This document shows positions 40,421-49,460 of a DNA stretch of 64,000 bases, one piece after another. The notes beneath the pieces were generated by a model. It did no database searches, was not told where the DNA came from, and saw nothing but the letters and a program-made list of their open reading frames with translations. The position numbers and the translations under genes are program-made. Origin of the DNA: Verrucomicrobiota bacterium (GTDB lineage: Bacteria > Verrucomicrobiota > Verrucomicrobiia > Limisphaerales > Palsa-1400). The stretch spans positions 1,145 through 65,144 of the forward strand of contig JBEKDI010000017.1 in assembly GCA_050014435.1 (NCBI GenBank). Reading direction: 5' to 3'. Each line of letters begins with the position of its first letter. The first letter of the stretch is position 1.

Positions 40421-41440
40421 TTAAGTCCGGGGATTGAAACGAGAATCGCGAGCCAGTTGCTCCCACAAAGCCTTTTCAGCTTCGGTGATCTCCTTGGGCA
40501 TTAGTATGCGCGCCACCACATACAGATCGCCGGACTCGGCGCCACGTCCCGGCAAACCCCGATCTTTGATGCGCAATCGCTGGCCGTTCTGCGTGCAGGG
40601 CGGAATCTTGATGCTAAGTGACCCGCTGAGAAGTGGCACTGACACCTTGGCGCCCAAAGCCGCCTCCCATGGGGCCAGGTCCAAATCGTAATAAAGATCG
40701 CCGCCTTCGACGCGATAGTCCGGGTGGCTGGCCATGCGGACGCGCAAAAATAGATCCCCGCGCGGTCCGCCGCCTGTGCCAGGTTCGCCCTGGCCCGTCA
40801 GGCGCAAGCGCTGCCCGTCCCGAACGCCCGGCGGAATTTTCACCTTGTAATTTTCCGTCGTGGTCACCTGGCCCATGCCAAAGCATGTCGGACAAACTTG
40901 TTGTCCCTTGGCCCCGGTGCCGTGGCAATCGGGACAAGCGGAATTGCGCCGCAAAGTAATGGGACGAACGGCCCCTTTCATCGCTTCTTCCAGCGTCACC
41001 ATCAGAACCGCCTCCACATCCTGGCCCTTCTCCGTTTCCGGCTCCGCAAAACCAGCCCGGCCCCGACCGCCTCCGCCACCGCCAAAAAACTGCTCGAAGA
41101 AATCGCTGAAGCCCGTCCCACCGAACTCGAAGCCTTCCGCCCTTGGTTCGCCCGACCGCCACGAATGAGTCTGGTAGGCCTGGCCGCCGGGACCGGGCCG
41201 CGCGCCGCCTGTCTTCCAATCAGCCCCCAGTTGGTCGTACTTCTTGCGTTTGTCGGCGTCGCCCAGGACTTCGTAGGCTTCGTTGATTTCCTTGAATTTA
41301 TCCTCAGCGCCCTTTTTATCCTTGGCCACGTCGGGATGATAGGTGCGCGCCAGTTTGCGGAACGACTTGCGGATATCGTCGCTGCTGGCGGTGCGCGGCA
41401 CGCCCAGCACCTTGTAATAATCTTTAAACTCAACCGGCAT
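40421..41440 (-). CDS. J-domain co-chaperone (DnaJ/CbpA-like, reduced zinc-finger region)
   Basis: 'DYYKVLGV...YHPD' J-domain and a Gly-rich linker. Only two CxxCxGxG units are present ('CPDCHGTG', 'CPTCFGMG'). A DnaJ C-terminal beta-domain follows. Confidence 0.9.
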   Translation of the reverse strand: MPVEFKDYYKVLGVPRTASSDDIRKSFRKLARTYHPDVAKDKKGAEDKFKEINEAYEVLGDADKRKKYDQLGADWKTGGARPGPGGQAYQTHSWRSGEPRAEGFEFGGTGFSDFFEQFFGGGGGGRGRAGFAEPETEKGQDVEAVLMVTLEEAMKGAVRPITLRRNSACPDCHGTGAKGQQVCPTCFGMGQVTTTENYKVKIPPGVRDGQRLRLTGQGEPGTGGGPRGDLFLRVRMASHPDYRVEGGDLYYDLDLAPWEAALGAKVSVPLLSGSLSIKIPPCTQNGQRLRIKDRGLPGRGAESGDLYVVARILMPKEITEAEKALWEQLARDSRFNPRT

Positions 41441-41491
41441 ATCGTTCCTGCATGACTACTGGAATGTCAGCATTGCCATGGCTTCGTCAAT

Positions 41492-42670
41492 TCATTGCTG
41501 GCCCCAGCCGAAGCGGCTGGATATCGGCCAATAAACAAAACACGATTTGCCGATGACGTTTTGCTCGGGCAACGGGCCCCAGTAACGCGAGTCCAGGCTG
41601 TTAAGAGTATTGTCCCCAAAAACCAGGTAGTGCCGGGGAGGGATGTCAATGCTGTCGCCCGGCGTCCGCAACCGGCTGTCCGGCCTGTCCTGGAGCACGT
41701 GGCCGTTGTATTGGCCGAACTTGCCCTCCATTCGGGGCGCGTTGGGATTGAATCCATAAACATTCTCGAAATGCGGCGTGGAGGCGTCGAGGCGGCGTCC
41801 ATCGATCCGCGCATGTTGATCGGCGCCGATGGACACGCTTTCACCCGGCAATCCGACCAGGCGCTTGATGTAGAATTGGTCCTGATTCGGGATCCCTTCA
41901 ATGCCCCTGGTCTTGAAAACCACGATGTCGCCGCGCCGCGGCCGCCGGAAATTATATGTGACGCGATCAACAAAGAGATGGTCCCCGGTCGTCTCCTTGA
42001 ATCGGAGAATAGGTTCGCCTTTGCTGAAGGTGGACTGCAAGTCCAGCCCGGTCGCGTGCTCGAAATGATCGTCCGGCCCGCACCAAATGGTGTAGGGAAC
42101 CTGCTCCTCCCGGCCGCGGTACTGCACCCAGATGGTTTGCTTGTTGATGAAGCCCACCACGTGCTGCAACGGCCCGACCCGCACCACCTCGCCGTCTGCG
42201 GGCGCGATAATTTCATGCCAGATGGTCCCCTTGTAGATCACGTCCCAAAACCGCTCCAAGGGGTTGGGCATCTTAAAGGATTGGCCGCGCAGGTCCTTGC
42301 ATTCAATGCCAAACAACGTCGGCTCCATCGAGCCGGTGGGTATTTTAAAGGGTTGCAGAAAGAAGGTCCGGATGGACATGGCCACAACAATAGCGACCAG
42401 AAAAACTTCAATGTTCTCGCGCCACTCGGAATTGGGATATGGCTTGATCCATTTGGCGGACGCCTCCTCCAGTTGGGCCATTTGCTTTTCCAGCGCCTTG
42501 TCTTCGACCCCATCAGCGATCGCCGTTTTTGTCCGGCTCAAAGCCGCCGTGACGGCTTCCAGCGCATGGGGGGATAGGATGTCGCTTTGGGCACGGAGCA
42601 TTCGTTGCACCTGCTTGCACATGTCCGTGGCTTGCCGGACCGTCCGGGAAAGGAACCATCGTAATTTCAT
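41492..42670 (-). CDS. lepB: Signal peptidase I
   Basis: Catalytic Ser context 'IPTGSMEPTL', Lys context 'YIKRLVGLPGE', and 'VFGDNTLNSLDSRYWG'. Confidence 0.93.
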   Translation of the reverse strand: MKLRWFLSRTVRQATDMCKQVQRMLRAQSDILSPHALEAVTAALSRTKTAIADGVEDKALEKQMAQLEEASAKWIKPYPNSEWRENIEVFLVAIVVAMSIRTFFLQPFKIPTGSMEPTLFGIECKDLRGQSFKMPNPLERFWDVIYKGTIWHEIIAPADGEVVRVGPLQHVVGFINKQTIWVQYRGREEQVPYTIWCGPDDHFEHATGLDLQSTFSKGEPILRFKETTGDHLFVDRVTYNFRRPRRGDIVVFKTRGIEGIPNQDQFYIKRLVGLPGESVSIGADQHARIDGRRLDASTPHFENVYGFNPNAPRMEGKFGQYNGHVLQDRPDSRLRTPGDSIDIPPRHYLVFGDNTLNSLDSRYWGPLPEQNVIGKSCFVYWPISSRFGWGQQ

Positions 42671-42677
42671 AATTGAG

Positions 42678-44468
42678 TCAGGCTTTGAGCACCTCGATGA
42701 ACGCTTCCTGTGGAATGTTGACTGAGCCGAAAGATTTCATGCGCTTTTTGCCCTCCTTCTGTTTCTCGAGCAATTTGCGCTTGCGCGAGATGTCGCCGCC
42801 ATAACATTTGGCGGTGACGTCCTTGCGCATGGCGCCGACGGTTTCGCGGGCGATGATCTTTCCGCCGATGGCGGCCTGGATGGCCACCACGTATTGCTGC
42901 TTCGGAATGACCTCCTTCAACTTCGCCGCCAGAGCGCGCCCCCGGGCCTCGGCCTTGGAGCGATGCACAATGCAGGAAAACGCGTCCACCGACTCGCCGT
43001 TGACCAGCATGTCCAGCTTGACCATGTCCGCCTCCTGATAGCCGGCGTGTTCGTAGTCCATGGAGCCGAACCCGCGCGTCAGGCTCTTGATGCGGTCGTG
43101 AAAGTCAATAAGAATCTCCCCCAGCGGCAGCGTGCTGGTCAGGATGACGCGCCGCGTATCCAGCGTCTCGGTATGGTCGATCACCCCGCGCTTTTCCGCC
43201 AGCAACGCCATCATGTCGCCGATGTATTCGTTGGGGCAGATGACAAAGGCGAAGACCATCGGCTCCTCGATCTTCTCGATGTAATTCGGCTCGGGCAGAA
43301 AGGCCGGGTTATCGACGGTCTTGACCGTGTGGTCCGTCATCACCACGTGATAGACCACGCTTGGATACGTGGCGATGATGTCCATGTTGTATTCGCGGCG
43401 GAGCCGTTCCTGGACGATTTCCAGGTGCAACAATCCCAGGAAGCCGCAGCGAAAACCAAACCCGAGCGCCACGGAACTTTCCTGCTGAAAGACAAAGGCG
43501 GAGTCGTTCAATTGCAGCTTGCCCAGGTTGGTCTTGAGATGCTCGTAATCCGCCGTGTTGATTGGATAGAGGCCGCTGAAGACCATCGGATGAACTTCCT
43601 TGAAGCCGGGCAGCACCGGCGACGGGTATTTGGCGTCCGTGATCGTGTCCCCCATTTTGACGTCCTTGGGGCTTTTGATGTTGGCCGTCATGTAGCCGGT
43701 TTCGCCCGTCTGCAATCTCTCGCGCACATAGGGCTTTGGATTGAAGCTGCCGACCTCCTTGATTTCGACTCCTTTGCCGGAGTGCAGCAATTGCACATGC
43801 ATGCCGGCGCGAAGCTCGCCGTTGAAAACGCGCACATGCGTGACCACGCCCTTGTAAGTGTCGAAATAAGAATCGAACCCCAGCGCCTGAAGGGTCGGCG
43901 CGCCGGTCGGTTTCGGCGGCGGAATGCGCAGCACGATGGCCTCCAATATCTCGTCGATGCCGATTCCTTCCTTGGCGCTGGCCAGGATGGCCGTGTCGCC
44001 CGGGATGGCCAGGATATCTTCCATCTGCGTTTTGGCCAGCGCGATGTTGGCGTGCGGCAGGTCGATTTTGTTGATGACCGGGACGATGGCCAGGTTCTGT
44101 TTGGTGGCCAGGTGGACATTGGCCACGGTTTGCGCCTCAACGCCTTGGGCGGCATCGATAATCAACACCGCCCCTTCGCAAGCGCTCAGGCTGCGGGAAA
44201 CCTCGTAGGTAAAATCGACATGGCCGGGCGTATCGATCAGGTTCAATTCATAAACCTCGCCGTTCTTGGCCGTGTAACTCATCGTCACCGGGTGGGCCTT
44301 GATAGTGATGCCCCGTTCCTTTTCCAGGTCCATCGAATCGAGCAATTGCTCCTCCATTTCGCGGGTGGCAACGGTGCCGGTGCGATGCAGAAGCCGGTCC
44401 GAAAGCGTCGTCTTCCCATGATCGATATGGGCGATGATGCTGAAATTCCTTATGTGTGCGCAGTCCAT
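42678..44468 (-). CDS. lepA: Translation elongation factor 4
   Basis: 'IRNFSIIAHIDHGKTTLSDR', 'DTPGHVDF' and the LepA C-terminal domain ('KCYGGDISRKRKLLEKQKEGKKRMK'). Confidence 0.97.
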   Translation of the reverse strand: MDCAHIRNFSIIAHIDHGKTTLSDRLLHRTGTVATREMEEQLLDSMDLEKERGITIKAHPVTMSYTAKNGEVYELNLIDTPGHVDFTYEVSRSLSACEGAVLIIDAAQGVEAQTVANVHLATKQNLAIVPVINKIDLPHANIALAKTQMEDILAIPGDTAILASAKEGIGIDEILEAIVLRIPPPKPTGAPTLQALGFDSYFDTYKGVVTHVRVFNGELRAGMHVQLLHSGKGVEIKEVGSFNPKPYVRERLQTGETGYMTANIKSPKDVKMGDTITDAKYPSPVLPGFKEVHPMVFSGLYPINTADYEHLKTNLGKLQLNDSAFVFQQESSVALGFGFRCGFLGLLHLEIVQERLRREYNMDIIATYPSVVYHVVMTDHTVKTVDNPAFLPEPNYIEKIEEPMVFAFVICPNEYIGDMMALLAEKRGVIDHTETLDTRRVILTSTLPLGEILIDFHDRIKSLTRGFGSMDYEHAGYQEADMVKLDMLVNGESVDAFSCIVHRSKAEARGRALAAKLKEVIPKQQYVVAIQAAIGGKIIARETVGAMRKDVTAKCYGGDISRKRKLLEKQKEGKKRMKSFGSVNIPQEAFIEVLKA

Positions 44469-44924
44469 TATTTAAATGACACTCCAAACGAGCATAGGCA
44501 CGAATCCAGCCAGCGGAAAGGTGAAAGTTTCCAGGACAAAGCAGAACGACCAATAATGAAGCGATGAATGAGGGGCGGAAAACTACTTTGAGTCGCTTTG
44601 AGTTCGGATGGCCCTCGTGAAGGCTGATTATTGTGTAAACTATTCATGTTCCAGTATTTACATGCGTTTTGACCGGCAATTTGCCCGGCAGAATCGGTTT
44701 GATTGAGTTCCTGCATTGACAGGCACATTGAGCCTGCCTCGATTTGACCACAGCCTTGACTTGCTCCGGCAACCCAGGTGGTTTTTGCGATTTGGCCCAC
44801 TATTTTCGGATTTATTCTTTGATCGAAACAGGTCGAGACAGGTCGTAACGGGCCGAAACGATAAGGGTCTATTCTTCTTGTAAAGCGTTGATCACAAAGT
44901 AGATGCATCTAAATCTTGGGGTTT

Positions 44925-45078
44925 CTCATTAACACCGCGGTTTTAGCCCGGCGTGATGGCTGGCCTGCGACATCCCTAACCGTTTCCAACGGTTTCCCAA
45001 ACGACGGTAAGCCGTTAAAACGGCTGGGGTTCGCCTTACGCCTTCTCGACACCGGGCTGAAGCCGCGGTGTTAATGAG
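44925..45078. repeat. 154-bp palindromic intergenic element (MITE/REP-like) bounded by ~29-bp inverted arms
   Basis: Left arm is ctcattaacaccgcggttttagcccggcg (44925-44953). The right arm's reverse complement is ctcattaacaccgcggcttcagcccggtg (45050-45078). Internal hairpins are AACCGTTtccaAACGGTT (44978-44995) and GCCGTTaaAACGGC (45011-45024). The arm matches 18321-18348. Confidence 0.8.
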
Positions 45079-45498
45079 AGTCGGACGCATGGCCCCAAGA
45101 CTTATGATGCGTCTGCGCTGCGGCGGAAGGATGGCAGAAAGACGGGCGTTGCCTAATTTTCGCACCTTCGCCGCAACGGCTACGGCAGGCAGGCCTGCCA
45201 CTCCCATTTCTGGCTGCGATTCACTTATCAATCCATGTTCCATAATCTCCGCCTTTATTCACTAAATCAATGCTACAGTTCAAATACCGTTTCGTCAATT
45301 TAATTTTGAAAGAATGTTCAAGAAAACTGTAAATGTTGGCAAAAACAGCCTTACGGGCTTGCGCGACAAAGACTTAAGAATAACGCAAAGGAGATTTTAT
45401 TGCCGAGGGAAATGGGGGGGGTATTCGGACGCGGGAACGAACTTTGTGCGAATAGTGTGAAACGTCCGTGAATGACCCTTGCACGGATCGAGGGCGAT

Positions 45499-46929
45499 TC
45501 AGGCTTCTTTTTCCTTTTCCAGATAACGGATTCGTTTGTTGATGTCGGTGTTGATGGAGTGGTAGGGCTCGCGCAGGTTGCCGGCGGCGAAGCAGGTCTG
45601 GCGCGTGTGCTCGATGTCGTCCCAGCCGATGGCGTCGGTGAAGATCGGCAGCAGATATTCCACCCCAAGGCGTGAGGGTTTGTACAGGATCGGATCGTAG
45701 AGGGCAGGATGCATGAGCCGCGCGTGGATGTGGCCCCAGCGGTCACGGAAGCGATTGGCGTCATAACCATCAACGTGGAAGCCCTTGGCGGTATTAAACT
45801 GAAGGACTGAGACGCAGTTGTTCCGGCCCTCGAGCAACAAGTCCACCGCCTTGGACCCGAGTTCCGCCGCATAGAACCGGTCGAACAGGATGGGCCGCCC
45901 GCCCCGTTGGGTGTGCCCGACTTTTCTGGTGAAGATGGCCTCGGCCGCCGATTCGCTGCGGCGATAAAGTTGAAAATATCGGTCGCCAATCATGGGGATC
46001 AACCGGGTGCGCAGAGCCTCCGCCGCGCCGCTCAGGATGATGTTCCCCGACGGATCGCTGGTGTCGCGCACCGCACCCAATTCGTTCCCTTTTTCATCCA
46101 CAATGCCTTCGCCGCAGACGATGACGACGTTCTTCTGCAAATCATACAACTGCTTGATGCGCTCGGCCAAAGCCTCCAAATCCGGCGCATGTTCCGGGAT
46201 CAAAATAATATCCGGCCGCCCGTAGGCCGTGCCGAGCGCGATGTAACCGGAATGCCGCCCCATGACCTCGATTATGGCAATGCGCCGATGGCTTTCCGCC
46301 GTGGTGCGAATCCGCTCCACGCCGGTGGCCGATACAAAAACCGCCGTGGCATAACCCGGCGTGGCATAGTTGACAATGTGATCGAGATCGAACGTCGTGT
46401 TGGATGCCATGCGCTTGTAACGATAGCCATGCCGGGCCTGCGCATCCTGGGTCCGCACCCATTCATTGGGTTCATTGGCGTAATTGAGGCCAAGATCGTT
46501 GTCGATGGTTTTGGGCGCGAGCACGACCGGCAATCGTTCCGCCAGCGGTTGCAGGCCGTTGAGCGTGCCGTCGCCGCCGATGCAGATCAGCCCCTCCAGG
46601 CCCATTTTGCGGAGGCGCGAATCGGCCAGGTCCAACTCCTCTTTTTTTTCCGGATCGACAAAGTCCCGCGACGAGCCGATGAGAGTGCCGCCCTTGGTCG
46701 GGTCCAGTTCGGGAATGGGCTGGTAAAGCGGGTTGAGAAGGACATGGGGGACCTGGGGATTAAACAGGGAATTGAATCCCTTGATGAGGCCGTAGATTTC
46801 TATCTTGAGACGGCTGGCCCGCACCACCGCGCCATAAATGGTGGCGTTCAAGGCCGGCGTGTCTCCGCCAGCGGTCAGGATGCCTATCCGCTTCAAGCTC
46901 TGCGATTCTACACCAAACCCGGCTCGCAC
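45499..46929 (-). CDS. pfk: 6-phosphofructokinase (long PFK-A family form)
   Basis: 'GILTAGGDTPALN', 'CIGGDGTLNG', 'PKTIDNDL', 'VMGRHSG' and 'GHTQRGG'. Phosphoryl donor (ATP vs PPi) is not decided here. Confidence 0.9.
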   Translation of the reverse strand: MRAGFGVESQSLKRIGILTAGGDTPALNATIYGAVVRASRLKIEIYGLIKGFNSLFNPQVPHVLLNPLYQPIPELDPTKGGTLIGSSRDFVDPEKKEELDLADSRLRKMGLEGLICIGGDGTLNGLQPLAERLPVVLAPKTIDNDLGLNYANEPNEWVRTQDAQARHGYRYKRMASNTTFDLDHIVNYATPGYATAVFVSATGVERIRTTAESHRRIAIIEVMGRHSGYIALGTAYGRPDIILIPEHAPDLEALAERIKQLYDLQKNVVIVCGEGIVDEKGNELGAVRDTSDPSGNIILSGAAEALRTRLIPMIGDRYFQLYRRSESAAEAIFTRKVGHTQRGGRPILFDRFYAAELGSKAVDLLLEGRNNCVSVLQFNTAKGFHVDGYDANRFRDRWGHIHARLMHPALYDPILYKPSRLGVEYLLPIFTDAIGWDDIEHTRQTCFAAGNLREPYHSINTDINKRIRYLEKEKEA

Positions 46930-46967
46930 GCAAATTTATAACAAGCCGGTAGTCGTACAGTTTCGAA

Positions 46968-47198
46968 TCAGCCCTTCTCAGAGTCTTCCCTGCGCTTCGC
47001 TCGCCGCATGGCGATAAACAAGCCGATGTTTCCAAAAACCATAATAACAGCTATTATTACTAGTGCGCTTGGATCATCGTTTTTGTTTCCTCCCCCGTGG
47101 AATTTTTCCCATAAATACGCGCACATCGCCACACTCAGAAGCGCGAGCTTGATGAGATTATTCCTATAGAATTTATAGTTCAATTTCCCGCTGCTCAT
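46968..47198 (-). CDS. Possible small two-helix membrane protein (76 aa) in an AT-richer pocket
   Basis: Two hydrophobic stretches ('LIKLALLSVAMCAYLW', 'LVIIAVIMVFGNIGLFIAM') precede a basic tail 'RRAKRREDSEKG'. No homology recognised. Confidence 0.35.
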   Translation of the reverse strand: MSSGKLNYKFYRNNLIKLALLSVAMCAYLWEKFHGGGNKNDDPSALVIIAVIMVFGNIGLFIAMRRAKRREDSEKG

Positions 47199-47471
47199 TT
47201 ATTCCATTTTGATCTCATTGCGATTCATCGTCAATCCATGAGTCCGATGATTTCGTCCAGGCTTCAGAAATGATCGGCAATGCCCGCCTCCATTGCCGGG
47301 GTGACGCGCAAGAATTGAGGAAGGCGGGCAAAAATGTAAATCGGGAGTGGCCTAAATTGGTGTGGTTTTGATCTTGTGGCTAAAAAATCGGCGCAGAGCG
47401 CCGACGCTACATTTGCATGGTTGGAAATAAATCCCTTTCGCATTAGAGGCTGAAGTGTTAGAAACGCTGGC

Positions 47472-48284
47472 ATGGCTGCAAAACTTACGATTGGTTTTCT
47501 CGGCGCGGGCAAAATGGCAACCGCCCTGGCCAAAGGCTTCGCCTCGGCCGGATTGGTCGAACCCTCTCAAATCCGGGCCAGCGATCCGTCGCCCGAGGCG
47601 CAGGCCGCATTCGCCAAAGAAACCGGCGCAAAAACCACCGCCTCAAATATCGACGTTGTTCAGTTCGCCAACGTTGTCATCCTGGCGGTCAAACCGGCGC
47701 ACGTCGCCGAATTGCTGGAGGAAATCCGCCTCGCGCTGACCGCGCGGCATTTGCTCATTTCCATCGCCGCAGGCGTGCCGATTGCGAAACTGGAGAATAG
47801 ATTGATCGCAGGCGCGCGGGTCATCCGCGTCATGCCCAACACCCCCGCCCTGGTGAGCGCGTCGGCCTCCGCCTACGCCCTGGGCAAGGCCGCCACCGCC
47901 GCCGACGCCGCAATGGCGCAACGGCTCCTTTCGTCCGTGGGGCTGGCCCTCCAGGTCAAGGAATCGCTGCTCGACGCCGTGACGGGATTGAGCGGCAGCG
48001 GACCCGCTTACGTGTATTTGATGATCGAGGCGCTGAGCGACGGCGGCGTGGCGTCGGGCTTGCCGCGCGAGATGGCGACCAAGCTGGCCGCGCAGACGGT
48101 TCTGGGCAGCGCGAAAATGGTGCTGGAAACCGGCCAGCATCCGGGAGTGTTGAAGGACATGGTGACCAGCCCCGGCGGCACAACCATTGAAGGCTTGCAC
48201 GAATTGGAAAAGGGCAACGTCCGTGGCGCCCTGATCAACGCCGTCCGCGCCGCCACGGAAAAGTCGAAAAAGTTGGGGCTATAA
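47472..48284 (+). CDS. proC: Pyrroline-5-carboxylate reductase
   Basis: 'IGFLGAGKMA', 'RVMPNTPALV', 'GSGPAYVYLMIEAL' and 'VTSPGGTT'. Confidence 0.95.
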   Translation: MAAKLTIGFLGAGKMATALAKGFASAGLVEPSQIRASDPSPEAQAAFAKETGAKTTASNIDVVQFANVVILAVKPAHVAELLEEIRLALTARHLLISIAAGVPIAKLENRLIAGARVIRVMPNTPALVSASASAYALGKAATAADAAMAQRLLSSVGLALQVKESLLDAVTGLSGSGPAYVYLMIEALSDGGVASGLPREMATKLAAQTVLGSAKMVLETGQHPGVLKDMVTSPGGTTIEGLHELEKGNVRGALINAVRAATEKSKKLGL

Positions 48285-48298
48285 AGCAACCGTCGGCT

Positions 48299-48511
48299 TC
48301 AAAGCAGTTTCTTGAAGTCTTCGATGGTCAAGCCCGCGTCCCGCACAATGGCGGCCATCGTGTAAGCATCCACCGGGTTATTGCGTGGCACGACGGCTTT
48401 AAGCGCGCCTTTCGACATGAAGATGTGTTTGCTTTGGCGATCAATGTGGAAGCCCGCTCTTTGCAGTGCCTTGACGGCCCGGAGATGATTTACGCCAGGA
48501 AGCTTGGGCAT
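48299..48511 (-). CDS. hicA: HicA-family mRNA-interferase toxin
   Basis: 70 aa with 'LRAVKALQRAGFHIDRQSKHIFMSKG', typical of the YcfA/HicA fold. It lies 4 nt downstream of hicB. Confidence 0.8.
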   Translation of the reverse strand: MPKLPGVNHLRAVKALQRAGFHIDRQSKHIFMSKGALKAVVPRNNPVDAYTMAAIVRDAGLTIEDFKKLL

Positions 48512-48515
48512 GGCC

Positions 48516-48731
48516 CTAACCGGTGACTACTTCCATTTCGCGGACCTGACAGCGCACATCCGGTTGCCCATAAAGCTCCAAATAGCCTTCGATCGCATCG
48601 TGGATGTTTTCCATGGCTTCCGCAACAGTGGCGCCTTGGGAATGGCAGCCAGGGAGTTCTGGACAGCTAATGGACACTCCTTCGTCGTGTTCAAGCAGCG
48701 TCACATGAAACTTTTTCGTCATTGGTTTCAA
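48516..48731 (-). CDS. hicB: HicB-family antitoxin (UPF0150-type, no obvious DNA-binding extension)
   Basis: 71 aa with 'FHVTLLEHDEGVSISCPELPGCHSQGATVAEAMENIHDAIEGYLE', the characteristic HicB N-domain. Confidence 0.8.
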   Translation of the reverse strand: MKPMTKKFHVTLLEHDEGVSISCPELPGCHSQGATVAEAMENIHDAIEGYLELYGQPDVRCQVREMEVVTG

Positions 48732-48970
48732 ATATAATCCTTGTTGCCTTCCAAGTCGAGCCGGTCTTTTCCTTCCGTCTGTGTCCTACTCTGATTTTTT
48801 CTTCTCTTTGCGCTCTCTTCTAACTCTCAAAATGACGAGCATTCCCCAAAGACCTAGCATTACAAAAAGAACTGGAATTACGTTTGAAGTCATCATTTTC
48901 CTTTCTTGACTTCCGCCACAGTTAATCAAATTAGCACCAGCCTCCGGCTGGGCAACCATGTCCATTTTCC

Positions 48971-49291
48971 TCAAAGATACGAGCAGATATATTCGCAGAT
49001 GCCGGTGTTGACGCTGATGCCGAAGCCCGATTTGGCCGGGACTTCAAATGTGTCCCCTGCCCCATACGTTTTGACGGCGGATTGGCCATCGAGCTTGACC
49101 GCGCATTGGCCGGCGACGATCTCCATCCTCTCGGATTTGTCGGTGCCGAAATGGAATTCGCCCGGATAAATCAAGCCGAGCGTCTTTTTGCTCAGATCGG
49201 CAAAAAGAATTGAATGGCTCACCACCCGGCCGTCGAAATAAATGTTCGCTTTGGTGACCGCAGTCACGCCTTTGAATTCAGTTGGCAGCAT
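48971..49291 (-). CDS. ppnP: Pyrimidine/purine nucleoside phosphorylase PpnP (DUF1255 cupin)
   Basis: 'ANIYFDGRVVSH' and 'PGEFHFGTDKSERMEIVAG...GDTFEVPA.S.F' match the PpnP family as I recall it. Confidence 0.8.
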   Translation of the reverse strand: MLPTEFKGVTAVTKANIYFDGRVVSHSILFADLSKKTLGLIYPGEFHFGTDKSERMEIVAGQCAVKLDGQSAVKTYGAGDTFEVPAKSGFGISVNTGICEYICSYL

Positions 49292-49348
49292 GGGCGCAGT
49301 ATAAATGCGCGCATGTCACTCACGCAAGCCTAACAGCTCGTTAAGAAA

Positions 49349-49426
49349 GTAGGAGCCGACGTAAGGAGGCTCTGACATTTTATTGTTTTCCCGGCAAAAT
49401 CAGAGCCTCCTTACGTCGGCTCCTAC
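49349..49426. repeat. Perfect 27-bp inverted repeat with 24-nt loop (REP-like element / bidirectional terminator)
   Basis: GTAGGAGCCGACGTAAGGAGGCTCTGA (49349-49375) has its exact reverse complement at 49400-49426. It sits between the L,D-transpeptidase stop and the ppnP start. Confidence 0.85.
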
Positions 49427-49460
49427 CATTAAGTGGATTTTTAACGCGCAAGCCAAAGCC

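Noticed and set aside
44468-44908. 146-aa ORF in the lepA-pfk gap, and the 104-aa ORF 44929..45243
   Set aside because: They run through repeat and hairpin sequence (the shared 20-mer at 44586-44605 and the 154-bp palindrome). They have odd composition and no start context, so I treated them as repeat-derived spurious ORFs.
45499-46929. Calling the phosphofructokinase PPi-dependent
   Set aside because: The 'GGDGT' motif is more like the ATP-dependent pattern, but the long-form architecture is ambiguous. Donor specificity cannot be decided from the motifs I can read by eye.
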